Shown here piece by piece: positions 54,613-64,000 of a stretch of DNA of 64,000 nt (the first letter of the stretch is position 1; every line of letters begins with the position of its first letter). This DNA is from Octopus vulgaris (taxonomy: Eukaryota). A program made the translations under genes and the position numbers. The stretch lies in assembly GCA_951406725.2 (NCBI GenBank), contig OX597825.1:38998001-39062000 (forward strand), in the 5' to 3' direction. Under the pieces are notes generated by a model. That model had not been told where the DNA came from and made no database searches. It saw only the letters and a list, made by a program, of their open reading frames with translations.

Positions 54613-57201
54613 ATGGAGTTGTTCGATATTAACGCCTCCCTTAAGGACATCCCTATACCACCAAAAGAAGCCTTCCTTAAGGAAATTATTAACAAGACAT
54701 TTGCATTTATCATCCGCATCAGATTGCTCGCCTTCTTCCACGATAATGAGGACCTAAAACGGACCAGTAACGACGTCTCCCTTTCATATAAAAAACTATT
54801 TAAGTCGAGGGGAACTCCTCCACCTAATCCTAGACTGAAGAATTTCGAATATGATCTTTGGGACATCGTAAGGAATATTAAATTTCATAAATCACCCCTC
54901 AGGAATAAACACCTCAAATACCTCGATAAAGTCTCTAGAGATATAAACTGATTAGACTTTATCCTGGTCCAATCGATAAAACCGGGAACATATATAAGCT
55001 TGCCAAGAGCCATTATTTAGAACTGCTCAAAAGGGAGATACATAAGAATTACAGGACCACCAGTAGGAATACGCTCAGACAGGCCAACTTAGAAACTAAG
55101 AAGATTATGGAGACTTAGGGATTACAAATGAAGACGAAACCGTTGAACCCCAGACAACCAAGATTCATCTTAAAGGACCACTAACAGAACTTTCATACCA
55201 ACCCAGCATTGCGACTCATATGCCCTTCCAGTTCAGACATCGGTACCCTTAGTAAATGCATATTAGATAAGAATATACCTATATTAATTGATAAATTAAA
55301 ACTTAACTTATGGTCCAACTCTGCTCAAGTCGTAGATTGGTTTACTTCTATTACCGATAAGGCCAACACTAAATTTATACAATTCGATAAATCAAGTTTC
55401 TACCCGTCAATCAACTCTAGTGTACTTAATAAGGCCCTATGGCATGCACACAATAAAGCAGGCCTCTCCAGGGAGGAAATTTATGTGATAATAACAGCTA
55501 GAAAATCTTTCATACAGTTCGATAGCAAGTTGTGGGTCTGTAGAGACACCCCTAACGCCTTTGATGTACTAATGGGAAGTACAGACAGCGCCCAGATAGC
55601 CGATTTGGTCGGAATTTATATTCTCTACGAAATGGCCGACCAATTTCCGGACATCTGTGGAGGTCTGTATCGCGACGATTGTCTGCTTTACCTCCAGAAA
55701 GCTTCAAACCAAAAAATACAGAAGGTTAAGAACAGATTAGTTAGGTTTTTTTAGTAGAATGGGCTTGAGCATAGATTTTGACGATGAGTTAACTAAAGCC
55801 AACTTCTTAGACATTACCCTCAATCTGCAGAATAACTCATACTTCCCTTATCATAAACCTTCTACTAATCTTAAGTATATCAGCATTTTCAGTAATCATG
55901 CCAAGCCAATTACCGATAATTTAGTTAAAAACATATCTCTGAGACTGTCAAAATTATCAGCTAACGTCGACATCTTTAACCAAAAAGCGGAAATCTATAA
56001 CGCCGCCTTGTCAAGAGCCGGTTATAAGGAAAAAGTATCATACATCGACCCAGCTCATTTTAAACCAGCATCTGCTTCTCAAGATAGGAAAGCTACTCGT
56101 AATAAAAATAATGATTTCAATTCTAATAGGGCCAGCACCCCTGTACATAAGATAAATTTTTTACGGACTAGGGGAGGTAAGCGCCAAACAACCCCAAATT
56201 TCCAACACGGAAATTTTCCCCTTACTGTCACAAATAACACTAGGAACAATTCAAAGTCCACAAAAAACTATATCTGGTTTGTAGTACCTTTCGGTAAACA
56301 AATTAAATCGAACCTTCCCTTACAGTTCTGTGAAGCCGTTGCTAGGAACTTTCACAGTAATTCTAGATATCATTCTATTATCAATTCACACACGGTAAGA
56401 ATTGCATTTTCTAACACTAGGAATCTTTCACAAATTATTTCTTCCCATAATAACAAGCTACTAAACAAAGATTCTTCACCCGGGAGTTCCAACACTAAAC
56501 TTACCAATTCCAACCCATCATACAATCACAATAATAGAAATAGTATTGATAGTAACAGCATTCGTAGCAGCGATAGTGTTAGCAATGATAATATTTATAA
56601 TAGTATTAGTCGGGTTAATAACAATGGTAGTGTTGATGGTAACGACAACAACGGTACTCTTGTCGGAGATATTGCAGGTTGTAGTTCAATTAATAATAAA
56701 AATAATAATAGAAATAGTGTAATTGTTAACGCTATTAGTAATAAAAACAACAATCATAACAATAAAAACTCCGTCTCGATCTTGGAGGAAAACCCTAACA
56801 GATTAAAATTTTTGGCCAGTAATTCCAAAATTAAGAATTCCATTTACCAGTGTAGAATTTCTTCCGGTACCGATGACTTCTTCTATATAGGTGCGACCAC
56901 TTCTCAGTTATCAAAGAGAATTTCCAATCATTATTCGACTTTCCGAGATAAGAAAAAACGACATAGTACAGGGCTAAGCAAATTAGATTGGCGTCTTAAA
57001 GACAACAATATAACTTTCAAGTTGAATTGGTTCATCTTGTCTGTATCCTTTCCTTTTGATAAGAGCAGAAAATGTTGTAACATTTGTAATTCTAAACTCT
57101 TCTATATTCTTTTCGCCAAGGTTCCCCTAGTAAACACACTCATAGAAAGATCGTACAAATGTAAACATTGGCAGAAACACACTTTCCACTCATATAAATG
57201 A
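54613..57201 (+). pseudogene. PLE RT and GIY-YIG polyprotein with a few stops and frameshifts
   Basis: SLKDIPIP, FIQFDKSSFYPSI, FDVLMGSTDSAQIADLVG, GLYRDDCL, NFLDITLNL, IYQC..YIGAT..RISNH..STGLSK..CNIC..CKH. Confidence 0.92.
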
Positions 57202-57722
57202 TAAAGATAACCACTGTAGTTTTAACAATTAGCTTCATGTCCACACCACTGCCATAGACAAATTCTTTCCTATTCTTCCCTATGCCTTCGAACATTCCTT
57301 TATTCAGCGTTTACTTCCTCCTCCATACCTATTGCTCCGTTATATGTTCCATTGCTACTAAATATCTTTGACGTATGTTTCTCTCTCTCTCTATCACACA
57401 CACAATCAAACACACAGACACAAATATTTCACCTTACTACTACGTATATTTGACGTTTGTCTATCTCAAACGCGCAATCACACACACACACAGACACACA
57501 GAGAGACGCAAATGCAGTTATATACACACTTTCATACACACACATAAACACTTGCACTCATTAACACAAGCACATGCCTGCACATCCCCATACGTACAGC
57601 ATACATATTGTCCCCTACCTATTTTTACTACTTCCTCCTTCTACCCAATTTTGATGTCAATGCTAATAACGGATTTAAAAAAAAACACCCGTTATCACTG
57701 TGGTTACCATGTAGGCAATCAT

Positions 57723-57818
57723 CCTTATCTTTCCTGAAGAGAAGATTGCATAATGCACCCTTTATTACTTCGTAATAAAAGTATCCCGTCTTCGAAACAT
57801 GTGTCGAGAGTAAAGGAA
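57723..57818 (+). ncRNA. Type I hammerhead ribozyme in the 3' pLTR, intact core
   Basis: CCTTATCTTTC-CTGAAGA-GAAGAT...GTCTTC-GAAACATGTGTC-GAGAGTAAAGG. Confidence 0.88.
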
Positions 57819-57857
57819 TTTTGTTAACATCTTCGTTCGACTCCATTCTTTCATTTA

Positions 57858-57918
<61 letters not shown>

Positions 57919-57975
57919 TATTATATATATATATATAAATGAAAGAATGGAGTCGAACGACGATTTTTAACAACA

Positions 57976-58063
57976 TTCCTTTACTCTCGACATATGTGCA
58001 TATTCTTCATTCCGAAGGAATGAAGAGTGCATTATGCCGCCTTCTCAGCAGGAAAGACAAGGA
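57976..58063 (-). ncRNA. Disabled hammerhead (CTGCTGA core, GTCTTCGAAA deleted)
   Basis: Comparison with 60812-60910. Confidence 0.6.
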
Positions 58064-60811
58064 ACCTATGTCAGCATCATGACGAACAAAAACATTTAGA
58101 TGACTGCCCACATGGTGTCCACAGTGATAATGAGTGTTTCTTTAACACATTCCGTTATAAGCAATGACGTCAAAATTGGTTGGATGGAGAAGGTTCTAAA
58201 AAGTTCAAGAGTTCAAATTTGGTTGGAAGGAGAAAGTTCTAAGAATAGGAAGGTGACAAAGTGCAAGTTGTATGTATGGTGATACGTGGGTGTTTGCTTT
58301 TGTTAATGAGTTTGAGTGTTTATGTGTGTGTATGTATATAACTGCATTCTTGTCTGTGTGTGTGTGTGCGTGATTGTGTGTGTGGGGCGACAAATGTCAA
58401 ATACATTTAGTAGTGAGGTGATAAATTTGTGTATGTTTGTTTGATTGTGCGTATGATAGAGAGAGAGAGATGGGGGGAGAAATAGAGAGAAAGAGGTAAA
58501 CTTACCCCAACGAAATATAGTAGTAGTTCTTCATGTAACGGTGTAGAAAAAATGGATTTGTCTAGGGGGGTGTTGTAGAAGTGGAACTAAATTATTAAAA
58601 TCAAAGAGATTATCTATATTAATCATCATTCATATGAGTGGAAGGTATGCTTCTGCCAATGCTTACACTTATAGGATTTTTCTATTTTTGTGTTTACCAA
58701 GGGAACTTGGAGAAAAGGATATAGAAGTGTTCGGAATTACAAATAGAATACAGAAGATTAAGAACAGATTAGCTAGATTCTTTAGGAGAATGGGCTTGAG
58801 CACAGTTTTCGACGATGAATTAACTTAAAAGCCAACTTCTTAGACATTACCCTAAATCTGCAGAATAAGTCATACTTCCCTTATCATAAACCTTCTACTA
58901 ATCTTAAATATATCAGCATTTTCAGTAACCATGCCAAAACAATTACCGATAATTTAGTTAAAAACTTTTCTTTAAAACTGTCAAAATTATCTGCTAATGT
59001 CGACATCTTTAACCAGAAAGCGGAATTTTATAACGCCGCCTGGTCCAAAGCCGGTTATAGAGAAAAAGTATCATACACCGACCCGGCCCATTCTAAACCA
59101 ATATATGCTTCCCAGGATAAGAAAACCAATAAGAATAGAAATAGTGAGAAAAATGATTTCAGCTCTAACAACGTCGGCACCCCTGTACATAAGAAAAATA
59201 ATTTACGGACCAGGGGAGGCAGTCGACAACCAACCCCAATTTACCAGCACAGAAATCTTTCCTTTAATGTAACTGGTAGCGCTATGAGCAATTCTAAGTC
59301 CAGAAAAAACTATATCTGGTTTGTCATACCTTTCGGAAATAAAATCAAATCAAACCTTCTTTTACAGTTCCGTGAAGCCGTAGCTAGGAACTTTCCCAAG
59401 AATTCTAGGTATTACTCTACTATCAATTCGCATAAGGTAAGGATTGAATTCTCTAACACTAGAAATCTTTCGCAAATTAGTGCCTCCAATAATAACAAGC
59501 TGCTAAACAAAGATTCTTCACCCGGTAGTTTCAACACTACTCCTACAAATTCCAACCAAACATACAATAATAATAATAGAAATAGTATTGATAATAGCAA
59601 CATTCGTAACAGCGTTAGTATTAACAATGTTAATATTAATAATAATATTAGTTGGATTAATAACAGTGGTAGTGTTGATGCTAACAACGACAGCATTTCT
59701 ATAGTCAGGGATATTGCCGGCGATAGTACAATTAATAATAATAATAATAATAACAATAATAGAAATAGTATAGTGGTCAATGCTAGCAATAATATTTACA
59801 GCAATCATAACAATGAAAACTCTAGGAAAACCCTAACAGATTAAAGTTCTTGTCCAGTAATTCAAAAATTAGAAATTCCTTTTACCAGTGTAAAATTTCT
59901 TCCGGTACCGATGTCTTCTTCTATATTGGTGCGGCAGCTTCTAGATTGTCCCAGAGAATTTCCAATCATTATTCAACTTTCCGAGATAGGAGAAAACAAC
60001 AAAGTACAGGACTAAGTAAATTAGTTTGGCGTCTTAAGGGCGGCAATATAGCTTTCAAGCTGGATTGGTCCAGATTGTCTGTATCCTGTCCTTTTTATAA
60101 GAACAGGAAATATTGTGGCATTTGTAATTCCGAACTCTTCTATATCCTTTTCGACAAGTTCTCCTTGGTAAACACAATAATAGAAAAATCCTATAAGTGC
60201 AAGCATTGGCAGAAGCACACCTTCCACTCATATGAATGATGATTAATATAGATAACCTCTTTGATTTTAATAATTTAGTTCCACTTCTACAACACCGCCA
60301 TAGACAAATAATTTTTTTCTACTCCGTTACATGAAGAACTACTACTATATTTCGTTGGGGTATGTTTACCTCTTTCTCTCTACTTCTACCTCTCTCTCTC
60401 TATATATATATATATATATCATACGCACAATCAAACAAACAGACACAAATTTATCACCTCACTACTAAATGTATTTGACATTTGTCCCCCACACACTCAA
60501 TCACGCACACACACACACACGGACACGAATGCAGTTATATACATACACACACATAGACACTCAAACTCATTAACAAAAGCAAACACCCACACATCCCCAT
60601 ACATACAACTTGCACTTTGTCACCTTCCTATTCTTAGAACTTTCTCCTTCCAACCAAATTTGAACTCTTGAACTTTTTAGAACCTTCTCCATCCAACCAA
60701 TTTTGACGTCATTGCTTATAACGGAATATTTTAAAGAAACACTCATTATCACTGTGGACACCATGTGGGCAGTCATCTAAATGTTTTTGTTCGTCATGAT
60801 ACTGACTTAGG

Positions 60812-60910
60812 TTCCTTGTCTTTCTTGCTGAGAAGGCGGCATAATGCACCCTTTATTCCTTCGGAATGAAGAATATGCAGTCTTCGAAACATATGTCGAG
60901 AGTAAAGGAA
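60812..60910 (+). ncRNA. Hammerhead with mutated core (TTGCTGA)
   Basis: CTTTC-TTGCTGA-GAAGGC...GTCTTC-GAAACATATGTC-GAGAG. Confidence 0.7.
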
Positions 60911-61107
60911 TGTTGTTAAAATCGTCGTTCGACTCCATTCTTTCATTTATTCATAGTTAAAAAACACACACAAATTTCTACACGAGAACACGGGAATTCT
61001 GCCCTTGGTATGTAGCTTTAACCGCGTTTTCTGTCGTGAATTTGCTACCCGGGTATCGGTTAACCGAAGTATCCATACTAGGATAATTCATTCACCTACT
61101 TAAATAT

Positions 61108-61145
<38 letters not shown>

Positions 61146-61299
61146 CATTAATCAACTGATATTCATTATTCAATATTTAACAAAGAAATATAATAGGGAA
61201 AAATGTGTGTAGTCAAGTCATTGGCAGAAGGTTTATTAAGGCTTTTAACTCATTTCAAACTTCAGTAGCTAGAATTACTTCATTGACTGAGATCCCGCA

Positions 61300-62040
61300 G
61301 TCTGCACGAATCATACGGTGATAAGTCCTTTTTTGTTCGCGGTTTTCATTTTGCAGGATGTTAAACAGCAGGAACTGTTCAGTGCATTCGTTGGGTGAGT
61401 GTTGCAGTTAGTGACCAATCCATCTCAGCCGGCGTTCCTTTATTCCTGTGTTCATTTGCTTTTCGTCAACAATTTTGTAAAATGCATAGTTGGAAAATTG
61501 GTCGTTATATGATATCTGGTAAATTTTCCTCAGGTTTCTTCCTTGAAAAGTGTTCGCCATGGCCATTTTCCGATTCGGTTTTATTACCCACGCCTCGCAT
61601 TCATATATAAAAATCGGAAGACATAGAGTTTTATCTATCATTATCTTGGTTGTTAGGTTGATGCCAAATGACCAGAATTATTGAAGTTGTGACATTACTC
61701 CACATGCCACTTTAATTTTGTCTATGATGTCATTTGTTTGAATTATGCGATCAGTTACAATCGTGAGTGTATTATCAACCCTGGATAATTGCTTTCGATA
61801 TGCCAGGACACCTGTTGTTTCGTTTGTGTTTATATTAATGGCGATGTACTCTGCCTTCGATTCGTTTATTTCTACCACAGAGAATACTTCTCTCATGACA
61901 AGATCGAAGTAGTCTTGTGTTTCTATGATGCTAGAGGCAAAGACAACAATAGAATCTCCAAATGCGCGATAGACCTACTTATGTGACTCTTATATGCTAA
62001 TTCCATCATTTCTATGTGTTGCGGCTTCCATTACATGATC
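61300..62040 (-). mobile_element. RTE-clade LINE 3' fragment
   Basis: INESKAEY; IFIYECEAW..FQGRNLRKIYQISY..IKERRLRWIGH. Confidence 0.7.
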
Positions 62041-62059
62041 TATAACTACTCCACCAAAA

Positions 62060-62101
<42 letters not shown>

Positions 62102-62400
62102 TACATACACGCTCAACACACACACACACACATATATATATATATGTGTGTGTGTATATGTAAATTAAGAAATGGAAGTAAACGCAGGTGTTATTCAAAT
62201 AATATTTTAATAAAACCTGCGTTCAACTCCATTTCTTTTTTTATCTGTGTCATTCAAAAACATTTCAAGAAACCCTGTAACTTCTACCTTTGTAAGTAGG
62301 CTATAACATCCTTGGCACTTATGTGAGCTTTTCCTATCCTGGCAACTCTTTATTTATTTTTTTCCGTGTTACTTCTACATATTGAAAAAATACACATACA

Positions 62401-62475
<75 letters not shown>

Positions 62476-62894
62476 AATATGTTATAAAATGAAAATAGAA
62501 ACTACACGTGGAAACGTAATGGGGAAATTAAGAAAAATAAACGAAAATGCACATTGTAAATAAAAAAAAGTCAAGGATTTTTATGAAAAGTAGCGAAAGA
62601 TATATACAATTAGATGAACTGAGGTAGGAATAAAAGTAATAAACGTCGTTATTCTGAAATTATTGAAGAGATTCAAACGTATCGGTTTCGTAAGTTACTA
62701 ATCATTGCTTTGAATACAACTATTCATTGCTTTGAATGCCCACAGATTAATGAACGGTGTCAGGTCTTCTAGTTCCTGAGAAAAAAGATTATTTGAAATG
62801 GAGGTAAGTAGTTGTGGATTTGGTGCAATTAGGTTATAATTGTAATGTGAATGGTGTAAGGGATGGATGGGGGTTATTGGTGTTAATTGAACGG

Positions 62895-63215
62895 TTAGTA
62901 TTGTTCTGAATCATGGTATGTGTTCATATTTAGTTGGGGAAGATATTTATTGAGGAAAGTTGCCCCTTTATTCACTCTATGTTGGACTGAGTTGTTCTGC
63001 GAACATTGATAGAAGGGGAAAATTTTGAAATTACGATTAAGATTCCTAGCACATCTTTCTATGTGTTCATTAACCTGTAACTCTCTGTATTGTGGGTGGC
63101 GGATTTGTTCTTTGCGGGTAGTTGTTTTTCGACGGCGTGATAATCCTGTTTGGCCAATATAGTTGTTACCACATCCTAAACATGTCAATGCATGGCTTGA
63201 CATTTTATTAGGCAC
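62895..63215 (-). mobile_element. Neptune/Poseidon-like PLE GIY-YIG fragment
   Basis: ALTCLGCGNNYIGQTG..EQIRHPQYR..EHIERCA..FKIFPFY..FLNKYLPQLN. Confidence 0.8.
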
Positions 63216-63236
63216 TGGTAAAACTTGATTTGATCT

Positions 63237-63338
<102 letters not shown>

Positions 63339-63407
63339 TGTGTGTATGTATGTATATGTATATATAAAACCATGCATGCGTATAAATATTTATGTGCATA
63401 TATATAT

Positions 63408-63451
<44 letters not shown>

Positions 63452-63694
63452 TTTATATAGAGGTATAACTGTGCATGGGGTATGTTTGTATGTGTGTGTG
63501 CATACGCTTAGATGCATGATGTGTGCGATATTTTCAACCGAGACGCTCTGATTGTATCTGGTACTTCTGTGCATATATTTAATAGATTACTGACATTTAT
63601 TAATGCTCTCTCCTGTTTCAGACTATACGCGTATGCTAGTTAGTTAATATTTCCTTAGTAAGAGTGAACCACCAGAACCCTTAGTGCATTCGAT

Positions 63695-63870
63695 ATGAAC
63701 TTAACCGCGTTTCTTTCTGTTAGACCTTGTGAGTTCTAATGCTGCCAACGTTATCTTTGACATTCATTCTTCATAATCGATAAAATAGGTACCAGTTGAA
63801 TACTGGGTCGATGTAATCAACTTAAATACTTGCCTGAAATTCCTGGCGTTGTGCCAAAATTTGAGACCAA
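63695..63870 (+). mobile_element. Diverged OR-type SINE with a different 3' tail
   Basis: TCGATAAAATAGGTACCAGTTGAATACTGGGTCGATGTAATCAACTTA is shared with the 31150 SINE, then CCTGAAATTCCTGGCGTTGTGCCAAAATTTGA. Confidence 0.65.
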
Positions 63871-64000
63871 CCTTTCTTGTTAATCCTAGTTTGCAACGTT
63901 ATGTTGAAATATTCACATATTTAAAATTTTTTATGCCGTATAATGCAACATTACGTGAATGGTGATTTTTCAGCGAAAACACTTCTTCGGGGCAAAACCA

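Larger units (their letters stand above)
53434..57862 (+). mobile_element. Near full-length Nematis-like PLE: inverted pLTR (53434-53867), direct pLTR (53868-54565), ORF, 3' pLTR (57339-57862)
   Basis: Repeat architecture is directly visible; three hammerheads; flanked by (TA)n. Confidence 0.92.
57936..61107 (+). mobile_element. Second Nematis-like PLE, 5'-truncated (58747-61107), preceded by an inverted copy of its own 3' end (57936-58744)
   Basis: Homologous to 55715-57862; 57936-58744 is the reverse complement of about 60120-60950; flanked by (TA)n. Confidence 0.92.

Overview
AT-rich, microsatellite-dense eukaryotic DNA with no recognisable host gene. The SINE types resemble the octopus OK/OR tRNA-derived families as I recall them, so a cephalopod origin is likely (inference). 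The window is a nested set of transposable elements: at least three kinds of Penelope-like elements (PLEs; Naiad-, Neptune/Poseidon- and Nematis-like), a full-length Tx1/L1-clade LINE, CR1-clade, R4/Dong and RTE LINEs, a mariner relic, a Helitron helicase fragment and several SINEs. Main observations: (1) the 5.4-kb Tx1 LINE sits inside the tRNA-like head of one SINE family with a 16-bp TSD, and its 3' terminus is shared with a different SINE family, which suggests a Tx1-driven SINE; (2) the first SINE family instead shares its tail with the CR1 LINE; (3) nine type I hammerhead ribozyme motifs (some degenerate) lie in PLE terminal repeats, several with long covarying stem II extensions, and a candidate HDV-like ribozyme lies at an R4/Dong 5' end; (4) fold-back inverted duplications recur beside (TA)n tracts. 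Most ORFs in the supplied track are microsatellite artefacts. Clade names rest on motif recognition, not database searches, and boundaries of degenerate elements are approximate.
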